Below, one piece after another: positions 17,692-27,386 of a DNA stretch of 56,556 nt. The notes beneath the pieces were generated by a model that saw nothing but the letters and a program-made list of their open reading frames with translations, was not told where the DNA came from and ran no database searches. Every line of letters begins with the position of its first letter. The stretch's first letter is position 1. The DNA comes from a virus. Taxonomy: Duplodnaviria; Caudoviricetes. Made by a program: the position numbers and the translations under genes. The stretch covers positions 1 through 56,556 of IMG/VR virus record IMGVR_UViG_3300045944_000167; one strand, given 5' to 3'.

Positions 17692-18665
17692 GCCGCCAAG
17701 GATTCAGGCTCAGCATCGGCCGCCACCACCGACGCAGCGCGCGTCACCTTCACGGTGTAGCCAGCCGTGTCGTCGTAGAGCGCCTGCGCCTGCATGGCAA
17801 TGGTCACGTCGGTATTCGTGCCCTGCGCAGTGACAGGCGCCGCCATCATCTTGCAGCGCGGATACTCGAAGAGATACTCGAGCGCGCCCGCCGCGTCGTT
17901 CAGTTGAACGCTCACCGCGAACTCGGACTGGTCGATCAACGCCTGCACGGGCGCGTCGGTCGCGTAGTAGAGCGTTGCGCTAATCTTCGCGTCGAGGCGC
18001 CCACGCACCGTCTCTTTCGTGCCGAGGGTGCCGATGCACTGGATCGCACGGCTGCCGGTATCGAACGAGAGCTCGACCGCAGAGAAGCATGCCGTCGCGG
18101 CGATTCCGCCCACGCTCACCACGACGTCCTGCGGGACCAGGACCGGCTCCACGCCGGGGTCGGGATAGGTCGCGCCCGCGATGATGGCGGTATCGAGCGT
18201 GAGCGGCCCGCCGATGGTGCCGACCGTGCCGGTGATCGGTGTTCCCGGTGCGATGCTGATCGTCATCGTAGCAAACGTCGTCTTGTCGAAGCGGTGGAAC
18301 GACTCCGCGCCCGCGGTCGGTATGTCGGGGAAGGTTTTCTCCAGCAGATACTGGCGCAGCGTCGGGCCGTTCTCCAGCACGTCAGTGACCCAATCCCCGC
18401 CGAGCACCGCGCGCAGGTATTCCTCGAATGCGGCATGGTCGGAGATTTCGAGCGAGAGATCGCCGGTAGACTCGCCGCCCGTCAGGATCGAGTCGCGGAT
18501 GTTTCCCGAGGCATCGAACTCGTTCGAGGTCGTGACGGTCGGCGCGAAGGCGACGCCCTCGCCCGTGAGGCGCGCGACGGTGAACACGGGCGTGGCAGGG
18601 ATAGCAGGAGGCGCGCCGGTCAGTTCGACAAAGGCGACGCGCACGAGGTCAGCACTGAGAGGCAT
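17688..18665 (-). CDS. Major tail tube protein
   Basis: 325 aa beta-rich, SNEF..GDLSLE; synteny. Confidence 0.85.
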   Translation of the reverse strand: MPLSADLVRVAFVELTGAPPAIPATPVFTVARLTGEGVAFAPTVTTSNEFDASGNIRDSILTGGESTGDLSLEISDHAAFEEYLRAVLGGDWVTDVLENGPTLRQYLLEKTFPDIPTAGAESFHRFDKTTFATMTISIAPGTPITGTVGTIGGPLTLDTAIIAGATYPDPGVEPVLVPQDVVVSVGGIAATACFSAVELSFDTGSRAIQCIGTLGTKETVRGRLDAKISATLYYATDAPVQALIDQSEFAVSVQLNDAAGALEYLFEYPRCKMMAAPVTAQGTNTDVTIAMQAQALYDDTAGYTVKVTRAASVVAADAEPESLAA

Positions 18666-18674
18666 GATGTTCTC

Positions 18675-19085
18675 CTATACGAAGTAGTCGTGAGCGAACG
18701 CAAAATCCACGGCGCATATCAGCCACCGTCCATCAGAAAAATCGGAGGGCGCGGGCGGTATGTGGCCCGTCACCCGAATGCGGCCCGATGAGTCGCGCCA
18801 GCGGCGGAAATGCCCGGCGATGGCGTCGGCCTGGCTGACGACTGTGGCATCGCCGGCACCCGTGCGCCCGACCACGTAGCAGCGAAACGTGCCAAGCTCC
18901 CTGCAGCAGCTCGGAGCCCCGATGCTGATCGGCGCATCGCTGATCGGGATGAAGTCCGATGACGCCCACAGGTCCGGCAGCGTCGTGTTATCCACGCGCG
19001 CGGCCAGCGTCTCGAACTGCGGCAGCGCGGGAAAGGCCACGGCGAGCTCCATGCGGAAGGCGTTGCGTGCGGTGCCGCTGCTCAT
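18675..19085 (-). CDS. Putative tail terminator
   Basis: 136 aa directly upstream of tail tube; homolog in other unit. Confidence 0.65.
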   Translation of the reverse strand: MSSGTARNAFRMELAVAFPALPQFETLAARVDNTTLPDLWASSDFIPISDAPISIGAPSCCRELGTFRCYVVGRTGAGDATVVSQADAIAGHFRRWRDSSGRIRVTGHIPPAPSDFSDGRWLICAVDFAFAHDYFV

Positions 19086-19441
19086 CAGTTTGCCTTCAGC
19101 GTGGCGATAATCAGCGCCAGCTCGTTTTCGGCCAGCACCGGATGCACGGCCGCAATGGAATAGATCCGCTTGAAACCGCCCACGTCTACGGTCAGCGTGT
19201 CGAACTGGTTCGGGAAGTTGAGCGGGTTCGTGAAATCGGCAGGCGAAAGCAGCGCCTTCGCAGGCTCGCCGTTGACATCCTGCAGGAGCGCCGCGGGATC
19301 GGTGTCGCGGTAGATAACGGTCTTGACCGGGCGCACCGTCACCTCTCCCTGCCGCTGGAAGTTCACAGTCGTGCCGTAGAGCGCAATCGCCTCCTGGGCG
19401 GTCGCCTTAATCTCTGCGAAATCGACAGCGGGGAGCGCCAT
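19085..19441 (-). CDS. Putative head-closure protein
   Basis: 118 aa starting MALPAVDF; synteny. Confidence 0.65.
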   Translation of the reverse strand: MALPAVDFAEIKATAQEAIALYGTTVNFQRQGEVTVRPVKTVIYRDTDPAALLQDVNGEPAKALLSPADFTNPLNFPNQFDTLTVDVGGFKRIYSIAAVHPVLAENELALIIATLKAN

Positions 19442-20103
19442 CAGCAGTAGTCCTTCACGCGATAGGCGTCGATCGTGTAGAGATACGGCGCGAGGATCGG
19501 CGGCACGCTGGAGGTGTCGTAGCTCGACTTCGCGGCCTGCGTCGTGTCGAACGAGACGGTGAGCGCGCCCGAGCCCAGGCCGAGGGACTTCAACGGCGCG
19601 CCGGCGCCCGAGCTCGAGGCACCGCCGCTCGCGTAGGTGACGCCGCCGTAGTCGGCGCAGCACCGGGCAAAGGCGTCGGCCAGGTCGGCCGGCACCTCGT
19701 CCGGGTCGTAGCCGCCCGAATAGGTGACGCGCGCGAAATTCCCCGGATAGCCCCATCCCGCATAGCCGGGATAACGCCCCCACCAGCCGCACGCGCCGAT
19801 ATAGATGAAGCCGTGTGTGTGATCGACCTGCGGCGCGACCGGCGCGGGCGCCTGGGCGATGCCGTTTATCAGGAGCTCGCTCACCGCTTCCACGGGATAG
19901 CGGAAAAGCGGCAGGCGCTCGACGGCGACGATGCTCTGCTCCTCCACCATGTCCGCGACGTAGGCGAGGCCGCGCTTGCAGTAGTTCTCGAACATCGCGG
20001 TAACGACCGGCAGCGCCGCGGTCAGGGCGGCGTCCGACGCGGTGTCGGTGATACCGAGGAGCTCCTTCACCTTGTCGAGCGGCAGGAGGATCGGGGTCGT
20101 CAC
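19441..20103 (-). CDS. Head-tail adaptor (gp6/gp15-like)
   Basis: LDKVKELLGI..D..FENYC.R..VTYSGGY..VPADL..Y. Confidence 0.8.
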   Translation of the reverse strand: MTTPILLPLDKVKELLGITDTASDAALTAALPVVTAMFENYCKRGLAYVADMVEEQSIVAVERLPLFRYPVEAVSELLINGIAQAPAPVAPQVDHTHGFIYIGACGWWGRYPGYAGWGYPGNFARVTYSGGYDPDEVPADLADAFARCCADYGGVTYASGGASSSGAGAPLKSLGLGSGALTVSFDTTQAAKSSYDTSSVPPILAPYLYTIDAYRVKDYC

Positions 20104-20747
20104 CGGGCGCGCCCCCGCTGTATCAGCGCGTCCACGTCGTCGCGCAGGTCGGCCAGGAGCTGCGCGAGCTCGGGGAGGGATGCCTCGAGCGCGCTCTTCA
20201 TCACCTCGCGATACGCCGGCCCGAAGTCGGCCTCGAGATGGTCGGTCGTGCCGTCGCCGTTCTGCTGCACCAGGACCAGCTTGAAGCCCTCGACCTGCGC
20301 GCCGATGATCGTCGAGCCATCGCGCCCGTTCGCGCCGGGCAGGCCTTTCTCGCCGGGCTTGCCGGCAGGACCGCGCCCGGCGAGCAGCACCGGGACGCCA
20401 TGCACCATGCAGAACGTCCCGTAGTTGTCCATGAAGAGATCGCCGTCGGCATAAACGGCGTCCTTCTCGAACGTGCCGCGATGGCGAAACCCGCCCGAGC
20501 CCACGCGCGCCCAGTGCTCCGCGTCGTCGGTCGGGCTCGCGGTGTCCTTGAGCGCGACGAAGTGCTGCCCGAAATTGGCGACGACGAAGGTCCCCTTGCG
20601 GTAGACGGCGCCCTTCGCCCACTGCGGGGCGTCGATGCCGGCGCCGGGCGGGCCGGGCAGGAGCTGGAGAGCGTCGAGGCGCTTTTCTATTGCGACGATG
20701 TCGGCTGCCAGCGGCTCGAGCGCCGCGACGATCGTTTTCTCGATCAT
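20100..20747 (-). CDS. Collagen-like repeat protein
   Basis: GPAGKPGEKGLPGANGRDG Gly-X-Y run; W..GAVYRKG repeats. Confidence 0.7.
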   Translation of the reverse strand: MIEKTIVAALEPLAADIVAIEKRLDALQLLPGPPGAGIDAPQWAKGAVYRKGTFVVANFGQHFVALKDTASPTDDAEHWARVGSGGFRHRGTFEKDAVYADGDLFMDNYGTFCMVHGVPVLLAGRGPAGKPGEKGLPGANGRDGSTIIGAQVEGFKLVLVQQNGDGTTDHLEADFGPAYREVMKSALEASLPELAQLLADLRDDVDALIQRGRAR

Positions 20748-22147
20748 GCTGCCTTCCTTATCCGCTCGAGCAGATCCACGGCAAGCGCCTTGGCGATCTG
20801 CGGGTCGCCTCCTTTTTCTTCTTCGTCGCCGTCTTCGCCGGGCTCTTCCTCGTCATCGGGCGCTGGCGGCGTCTCGGCGGCCGGCCGGTTCTTCGAGGCG
20901 ATCTCGGCCGCGTGCAGCTCGGCCAGCATGTCGATCGAGACCATCTGCTGCTGCAGGAAAAGGGTATTGCCGCCGGGGACGGGCGGCAGTCCTTCGCCGT
21001 CGCGCGCTTCGTTCGGCGACATCACCCCACCCTGGATCGCCTTGGTGATCGCGTCGATGCGCGACTTGTAGTCCATGCGCAAGAGCGCGCGCTCGTCGAA
21101 CTCGACATACTCGTCGGCGGGCAGGCCGAACGCGGCATCGAAGCTGCGCTCGAGGTTTTCCAGCAGCGAGCCCAGGCCGTGCGCGAGCCAGAAGTTCGTC
21201 ATCGCCTCGACGTTGTTCAACGTCGCCTTCGAGAGGTCGCCGACCATCGGCAGCGGCACCCCGAAGCAGCGCGCCACGTCCTCGATCGACATGCGCTGCG
21301 CCTCGATCAGTTGCGCGTCCTGCGAGCTGATCGCCATCTGCGAGAACGTGAGGCCGCGCCCGAGCACCGGGATCTTTCCCGCGTTCGGCCCCTGCGACTG
21401 CTCGTCGAAGGCCTCGCGGAGCTGCTTCATCTGATCCTTGGTAAGCGGCTCCGGGCTCGAGAGCACGCCGCTCGGGCGGTTCATGTTCGAAAAGAACGCC
21501 GCCTGGTTGCCGGACAGCGCGACATTCACCCCGAGCGCGAGCGCGGCCGCGGTCAGCGGGGATTCCCCGATCAGCGGATGGCGCGGCGTGTGCTGGCGCA
21601 GGTGCAGGATGTCGCGCGCGGGCGCCATCGCATCGATGCCCGCGGGCAGCATCGGGTTCGCGCCGATCGAGTAGTAGAGATCGCCTGTCAGCGGCTCGAT
21701 ATACGGCGAGCACGCGCGCCGCGGCATCAAGTGCATGGCGTTGACAGCGTAGCGATCGTCGCGCAGGAGCAGCACGAAGGCCTCGCCCTCGAAGAGCATC
21801 GTCGCCACGCAGTCGAGGATGAACTGGGGCCAGGTCTGGTAGGCGTTGGGCTTCCGCAGCACGCGCGAGGCGGGCGAGGTCGTCGAGGTCTCGTGCTTGC
21901 CGGAGTCGAGAACGACCTTGTGCGCTGCCGGGCAGGTTGCGACCGCTTTCGCCGTCGCCATCACGCAGGCGTAGGCGATCGGCACGCACTGGGCGCTGCG
22001 CTGGTCGAGCGTCAGGCCCGCCTGGTAGCCGTCGCCGAAGGGAATCGGGAAGCGATTGCCCCAGTGCGAATAACCGACCGCCGGGCCGCGATAGCTGCCC
22101 TCGAGGCCGCCGAACCACCACGACTTGAAGCGGTCGATGACGCTCAT
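20744..22147 (-). CDS. Portal protein (HK97 family)
   Basis: PNAYQT..GEAF..GESPL..PSGVL..NEAR..GLPPVPGG. Confidence 0.95.
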   Translation of the reverse strand: MSVIDRFKSWWFGGLEGSYRGPAVGYSHWGNRFPIPFGDGYQAGLTLDQRSAQCVPIAYACVMATAKAVATCPAAHKVVLDSGKHETSTTSPASRVLRKPNAYQTWPQFILDCVATMLFEGEAFVLLLRDDRYAVNAMHLMPRRACSPYIEPLTGDLYYSIGANPMLPAGIDAMAPARDILHLRQHTPRHPLIGESPLTAAALALGVNVALSGNQAAFFSNMNRPSGVLSSPEPLTKDQMKQLREAFDEQSQGPNAGKIPVLGRGLTFSQMAISSQDAQLIEAQRMSIEDVARCFGVPLPMVGDLSKATLNNVEAMTNFWLAHGLGSLLENLERSFDAAFGLPADEYVEFDERALLRMDYKSRIDAITKAIQGGVMSPNEARDGEGLPPVPGGNTLFLQQQMVSIDMLAELHAAEIASKNRPAAETPPAPDDEEEPGEDGDEEEKGGDPQIAKALAVDLLERIRKAA

Positions 22148-22356
22148 CGGCGCTTCGGCCTAACGACCTTGGTATCGTATTGCAGCGGGGGCGGCGCGTC
22201 CTCGATGTGGTTGAGCAGGTTTGCGCCGATACGCGGGTCCTGCGCGAGCCCGTCTCTGACGAGCCGCGCTGCCAGCTCCTCGTCGCACTCGACGTAGCCC
22301 GTCGCGTTGTTCAATTCTGGAATTCGCCGAAACGCCCATACGCAAGTCGTTGCCAT
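22144..22356 (-). CDS. Small hypothetical protein upstream of portal
   Basis: 70 aa, RBS, homolog 51404-51634. Confidence 0.7.
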   Translation of the reverse strand: MATTCVWAFRRIPELNNATGYVECDEELAARLVRDGLAQDPRIGANLLNHIEDAPPPLQYDTKVVRPKRR

Positions 22357-22366
22357 TGCGGACCTC

Positions 22367-22558
22367 TCAGTAGCGCGGCCACTTGGGAAGCGGCAGCGCG
22401 CCGAATATCGCGCCGAGCAGCAGCAGGATGAAGATCAGGATCAGGATGACCATGACGATGTTCTTGAAGGGCGGCTGCAGCGGCAGGAGCCCGATCGCGT
22501 AATAGATCATTCCGAACACGAGACAGAGAACGAGCAGATAGACCAGGAACTCGATCAT
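22367..22558 (-). CDS. 63-aa two-TM membrane protein (holin-like size)
   Basis: Two hydrophobic helices around LPLQPPFK; AAGGAG RBS; near-identical homolog. Confidence 0.8.
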   Translation of the reverse strand: MIEFLVYLLVLCLVFGMIYYAIGLLPLQPPFKNIVMVILILIFILLLLGAIFGALPLPKWPRY

Positions 22559-22572
22559 TGCGTCGCTCCTTC

Positions 22573-22612
22573 AAAAAGACGCGGGCGCGCAACCTGCAAG
22601 CACGTCCGCGTC
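22573..22612 (-). terminator. Rho-independent terminator after capsid cassette
   Basis: GACGCGG..CCGCGTC stem followed by T5; conserved at 51852-51891. Confidence 0.7.
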
Positions 22613-22628
22613 AGGGGGAACCGTTGGC

Positions 22629-23045
22629 TTACTTCGGTCCTGCTCCGCTCTCACGCTGATAACCCCACACCCAGCCGTTGTATTGCGGGGCATATACCCA
22701 AGCGAACTGATATCCCGGCGGGGCTGGCGGCTCGCACGGGTCTTCTTTCTTCGGCCCAGCGCCAGACACCAACTGATAGCCGTAGACCCACTTGCCGTGC
22801 GTCGGCGAGAACACGGAGGTCAGTTTGGCTTCTGGCGGGGAAGGCGGCTCGTCAATCGGCGGGATGACTATGGGGTTGGTAGGGAACAACGGCTCCCAGA
22901 TGCTGCCTCCGCCGGGAGGCGTTGGCCCGTAGCCGGGGCGTGGATCATCTGGCCCCCAGATCGAGGGTGGTGCTTCGACAGCGGTAGCCTTGACGATGCC
23001 GGGCTGGCCCGTCGGTTCAAGCTTCATATAAAACGTCTGCGGCAT
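22629..23045 (-). CDS. Proline-rich repeat protein (138 aa)
   Basis: AAGGAGGT RBS; duplicated module ending WVxGY....GAGPK. Confidence 0.75.
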   Translation of the reverse strand: MPQTFYMKLEPTGQPGIVKATAVEAPPSIWGPDDPRPGYGPTPPGGGSIWEPLFPTNPIVIPPIDEPPSPPEAKLTSVFSPTHGKWVYGYQLVSGAGPKKEDPCEPPAPPGYQFAWVYAPQYNGWVWGYQRESGAGPK

Positions 23046-23065
23046 GTCACTAACCTCCTTGTCAG

Positions 23066-23221
23066 TTAAGAGGACTCGGGCTTGTGCGGCTTGCACGTGC
23101 GGATCTCGACCGCCCCGAAATCGATGACGGTTTCCACTTCACACGGCGACTCGATGCGCACGCTGATACACGCGCTCACCGCGCCGAAAGCGAGCGCGGC
23201 GAGCACGAGTCTTGCTACCAC
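23066..23221 (-). CDS. 51-aa putative lipoprotein
   Basis: MVARLVLAALAFGAVSAC lipobox-like; GTG overlaps capsid stop; conserved. Confidence 0.55.
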   Translation of the reverse strand: MVARLVLAALAFGAVSACISVRIESPCEVETVIDFGAVEIRTCKPHKPESS

Positions 23222-25131
23222 GCAACGGCGGTGAGTTCCTGAACCGGGCCGGGGTTTCGCATCTTTGCCCAGTCGGCATCCATCAGCATCCGCAGCGCCC
23301 AGGAGTTCGTCTGATAGAGCGACCTCACAGGAGCAGCGACGACGTTGGGCGTGCCTGCCGAGGCGATCGGCAGCGGCGTCGTGTCCTCTTCGTGCAGCGT
23401 CGCGACGTTGTTCGGCAGGAATGCCGGGTTGCCGATGGCGAAGCTGAACTGCGAGAAGTCCACGAGCAGCACGATGTCTGCCGGCATCGCGAGCGAGGTA
23501 ACGACACCGTAGCCGCCGAGATTGTTGTTCGTTGTCTCGGGGAACTGCTTCGTCCCGACGGCGTTCGTCAGCCACGACACGGCGAGGAAGTTCTTCGGGT
23601 GCATCAGCCATTTCGTGTTCATCCCGCCCATGTTCGCGGTCGTCATCGCGGTCAGCATCACCTTGAGGTCGTTGGTGATCGCCGCCGCGGTTGCGCCCGT
23701 CGAGGGGCGCGTGTCGCCCGCGGCGAGGGAGTTCCGAATCCCGGCCGGCTGCGTCGCCGAGCCGGCGCCGGTGCCGATGAAGATCGCGTCGAGCGTCGTG
23801 GCGGTGTCATCGATGATCGCCCTCTGGAAATACGCGGCGAGATCGATCGTCGAGCGCCGCAGCATCTCCTCGGTCGCGGTCAGGATGACGCCCAGGTTCT
23901 TCGGCGTGAGCGAGCCGCTCGTGAAGTGCAGCCCGCCGACTCGAATCGGCGCACCCTCGGCGCGGAACGCGCCCGCTGCATCCGTGGGCGTGCCGCTGCG
24001 GATCGGGTAGGTGATCGAGGTGTAGCCCTCGAAGCTGTGCTGCTGCCCGAAGGGCACGCACTTCGGCAGGATCGCCTCGGCGCGCAGCATGTCCATCAAC
24101 TGCCCGTAGCCGATGCGCGTCAGCTCCTGCGCGTAGCCCGGCACGTTCGTCATCGCCGGGTTCTGCGCGGCCTTGACGATCGTCTCGATTGCGGCCGAGC
24201 CGGGGAAGCGGATCGCGACCACGTCGTCGATCTTCATCGACTTGCACGCCGCCTCGTAGGTCACGAGCGCGAGCTTGCCGAGCAGGTGTTCGGTGTCCTT
24301 CACGGAGTCGCGCCGGATGACCTGCGCGCTCTTCGTCGCGAGAGCTCCCGCAGCAAGTCTCGTTTCACTGCTTTTCAAGGTCGCGAGCTTGCCGTCGATC
24401 GCGTGGAGCTCGGCGTCGAGCTCATCGACCAACGCCTTCTGGGTGATGAATTCATCGCTGGTCGGGGATTCGATCTCGCCCAGCTTCGAGGTCTGCTCGG
24501 CGAGCCTGTCGCGCGCGGCCACCTGCGCGCTTTGCGTCTCGACTACGAGCTCGGAAATGGTCTTGCCCATGCTGTGACTCCTGGAGGGACTGCGAGCGGC
24601 ACTTGCCGCGACGAACTGCGGAGCCGGGCCGCCGCTCGCGGGCACTTGCCCAGCGGGGTCCGGCAGGGTGATTCCGAATGACTTGGCGATCTGCACCGCG
24701 CGCTCGTGCGCGGGGAAGATGACGAGGGACACCTCGCCGAGCTCGAGCTGCGTGAAGTGAACGCCGCCCTTGTCGTTCCTCTCGCCCTTGCCGATGAAGC
24801 CGATCGAGGCGCAGAGCGGCACGCCTTCGGCGAGGCACAGCTTCGCCATCTGGCCGACGCTCGTCGGGATGCACTTCAGGTCGCCGACGAGGCGGTCGCC
24901 GATCGCCTTCAGGTTGTCCCAGTAGCCGATGACCTTGTCGTGCTTGTGGTCCCAGCAGGCGGTGTAACGCTTGCCCAGCAGCGACTTGTAGGCGGCGGGC
25001 GCGATCGTGTCGTTGACGCGGTCGGGCGAGGCGGCAGAGAGCACGAAGCGCGCGTCGAACTCGGGCGCGGCTGCCTTCTCGACGGAGAGAGGGAGTTCCT
25101 TGGTGGCGCTACACTCGACGGTCTCTGGCAT
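23215..25131 (-). CDS. Fused prohead protease-major capsid protein (HK97 fold)
   Basis: WDH..IG, SIGF, EVSLV.FPA protease motifs; coiled delta domain; AEG..I, LTPK capsid motifs; internal RBS+ATG at 24570. Confidence 0.92.
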   Translation of the reverse strand: MPETVECSATKELPLSVEKAAAPEFDARFVLSAASPDRVNDTIAPAAYKSLLGKRYTACWDHKHDKVIGYWDNLKAIGDRLVGDLKCIPTSVGQMAKLCLAEGVPLCASIGFIGKGERNDKGGVHFTQLELGEVSLVIFPAHERAVQIAKSFGITLPDPAGQVPASGGPAPQFVAASAARSPSRSHSMGKTISELVVETQSAQVAARDRLAEQTSKLGEIESPTSDEFITQKALVDELDAELHAIDGKLATLKSSETRLAAGALATKSAQVIRRDSVKDTEHLLGKLALVTYEAACKSMKIDDVVAIRFPGSAAIETIVKAAQNPAMTNVPGYAQELTRIGYGQLMDMLRAEAILPKCVPFGQQHSFEGYTSITYPIRSGTPTDAAGAFRAEGAPIRVGGLHFTSGSLTPKNLGVILTATEEMLRRSTIDLAAYFQRAIIDDTATTLDAIFIGTGAGSATQPAGIRNSLAAGDTRPSTGATAAAITNDLKVMLTAMTTANMGGMNTKWLMHPKNFLAVSWLTNAVGTKQFPETTNNNLGGYGVVTSLAMPADIVLLVDFSQFSFAIGNPAFLPNNVATLHEEDTTPLPIASAGTPNVVAAPVRSLYQTNSWALRMLMDADWAKMRNPGPVQELTAVAW

Positions 25132-25323
25132 TCACGGCCTCGCTCATTGCGTGGCCGGAGTTACCGCTCACGGGCGTGAGCGAACCGTCGCCAAATTTCA
25201 GAGGAAAGGGGGGCAAGCGCTTTTCGCGCTGGTCTTTTTTCGGACGCTGTCGCTCGCCCATGACAGCGAAATCCTACACCGTTTTTGCCACGACATTAGC
25301 ATTTCGTCGCAACCGATTGAGAA

Positions 25324-26934
25324 TCAGGCGATAAACGCCGCAACGTCGAACGCTGGCGCGCTCACCATGAAAACGCCCGCCGCCATGACCGCGGCGACCA
25401 GCGGGTCGATCCTCTGCGTCGACTGCGCCTTGTCGAGCTTGCGGTTGCCCGCCGGGTCCTGCACCACGACGGCATTGGCGGCGCCCATGTTCAGCAGCGG
25501 ATGCCCGCCGTGGCGCAGGCGCTCCTGCAGGAGCAGCGTCTCGAAGAATTCGAGGCGCGGGCTCATCGACTGCATGCCCTGGCCGACCTCGCTCCAGGCG
25601 TTCACGACGAAGTTGTTGCGGTCGGCGGCGCTCCGCGCCTCGGTGATGCGCCAGCGGTCGTAGGCGCAGACGTCGATGCGGATCTCGAGGTCGTCCAGGC
25701 GCATGCGCAGGAACTGGAAGAGCCAGTCGTAGTCGAGCGTCGCCCCCGGCACCGCGATCAACTGCCCGCTCTGCACCCAGGCGCTGTAGGGCGCACGGTC
25801 TCTGAGCTCCCGCTCGTGCAGCGACCGCTCGGGCGTGAAAACGAACGGCCACAGGTGAACCGTGCCCCCGTCGTCCTGGGCCGCCAGCACGCACGCGGTC
25901 AGGTCGTGCTTCTGCGAGAGGTCGAGCCCGGCGCCGACGGTGCGCCCGTCGCGGAAGATCGCCGGGTCGGGCGTCGCGTTGCACGCCTTCCAGATCGAGG
26001 GCGCGAGCCAGCGCCGCTCCAGCGCCACGCGCTGGTTGAGGATCAGTTTCCGGAAGCTCGCCTCGGCCTCGGGCAGGCGCACGGCCTGCTGCGCCAGGAG
26101 CTCGACGTCCTTGCGCGAGCGGAACTCCCCGATGGCGGGGCAGGCCTGCGCCCACGCCTTCGGGCTCGTCAGCGGGAGCGCCGTGTCGGCGGTGTAGAGA
26201 TGGCACACGACGTCGGCCTGCGGGTTGCGCGTCGCGTCATCGATCTGCAGCGAGAGCCAGTCCGCATCGGAGGGCGCCTGCGTCGAGATCACGATCGCGA
26301 GCGGCGCATCGTGCGCGCCTTGAGAGGTCAGGATCGCATCGATGAACGGGTGCGAGGGGCCGACGACCTGGCCCCACTCGTCGCCCACGACGACCGCGGG
26401 CGAGAGCCCCATCGCCTTGCCGGCCTCGGCGGCGAGCGCGTGATACTCGATGCCGGTATTCAACGCCACGATGCGCTTCCCGCTCGCGGTCACTTTCGAG
26501 AACGTGGAGAGCCTCGGCGAGAGCCCGATCGACTTCGCCATGTATTCGTAGACGAGCGCCGCCTGCTCGCGCGAGAGCGCCGCGGAATTGATGCGCGAGT
26601 TCCTCGAGGTGAGCGCGTTCATGAACATGAAAGCGAGAAGCAGCGCCGCGACGAGCGCGGTCTTCCCGCTCTTGCGCCCGACCGACAGGATGGCCTTCCG
26701 AGCGCGCTCCTCGCCGTCGAAGAGCGCCAGGATGAACGCTTCCTGGAACGGCAGGAGCGCCATCGCGCGACCGACGAGCGGCCCCTCGGGCACCGGGATC
26801 TGCGTCTCGATGAAGCGGCACACCCGCTCGCCCTGCGTCAATTGCGGCGTCGGCAGGGCGCGCCAGTCGCGAAAGCGCGGGACGTGCCCGCTCTTGATCG
26901 CGGCGCGCAAAGACGCCGGCAGCGCACGGCTCAT
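25324..26934 (-). CDS. terL: Terminase large subunit
   Basis: GRKSGKT Walker A, VVGDE Walker B, GLDLS..DLTA, RIDPLVA. Confidence 0.95.
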   Translation of the reverse strand: MSRALPASLRAAIKSGHVPRFRDWRALPTPQLTQGERVCRFIETQIPVPEGPLVGRAMALLPFQEAFILALFDGEERARKAILSVGRKSGKTALVAALLLAFMFMNALTSRNSRINSAALSREQAALVYEYMAKSIGLSPRLSTFSKVTASGKRIVALNTGIEYHALAAEAGKAMGLSPAVVVGDEWGQVVGPSHPFIDAILTSQGAHDAPLAIVISTQAPSDADWLSLQIDDATRNPQADVVCHLYTADTALPLTSPKAWAQACPAIGEFRSRKDVELLAQQAVRLPEAEASFRKLILNQRVALERRWLAPSIWKACNATPDPAIFRDGRTVGAGLDLSQKHDLTACVLAAQDDGGTVHLWPFVFTPERSLHERELRDRAPYSAWVQSGQLIAVPGATLDYDWLFQFLRMRLDDLEIRIDVCAYDRWRITEARSAADRNNFVVNAWSEVGQGMQSMSPRLEFFETLLLQERLRHGGHPLLNMGAANAVVVQDPAGNRKLDKAQSTQRIDPLVAAVMAAGVFMVSAPAFDVAAFIA

Positions 26935-27386
26935 TGCGGTGTCGCGAAGAGATCCTCAGGATCGTCGCTTTTCATCTGATTGAACGTGCGCGCCTGCAGC
27001 GCGTGACCGCGAACCGTGGCCGGCGCCTTGCCGGCAGTGAGCGAGAGCGTGCGGATGATCGCGAGCTGCAAGCGTGTGCGCGAATCAATGACGGCGATCA
27101 GCGGGTTCACGATCGGCGTGCCTTTCCTGGTCTCAACGATCGTGCTCGTTTCGTCGAGCTTCCTCTGGTCTTTGCGGTTGACCGCCTCCAGTTTGACGAT
27201 CTTCGCCAGCAGAATCAGGTCGAACTCACGCCAATCCACCCGCGCGCGCGCGGATGCGAATTGCGGCCATAACTGCGCCTCCTCGGCCGTCAATTCGACG
27301 TTTTTCGGAATCTCTACCGGATTTTCCGCTGCCAGTGCGATCAGGAAGCTGGCGGAATTGGTCCCCTTGCCGCGGCTGGTTTTCAT
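26931..27386 (-). CDS. terS: Terminase small subunit
   Basis: 151 aa overlapping terL start; W..DL..LA, GTPIVNP. Confidence 0.8.
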   Translation of the reverse strand: MKTSRGKGTNSASFLIALAAENPVEIPKNVELTAEEAQLWPQFASARARVDWREFDLILLAKIVKLEAVNRKDQRKLDETSTIVETRKGTPIVNPLIAVIDSRTRLQLAIIRTLSLTAGKAPATVRGHALQARTFNQMKSDDPEDLFATPQ

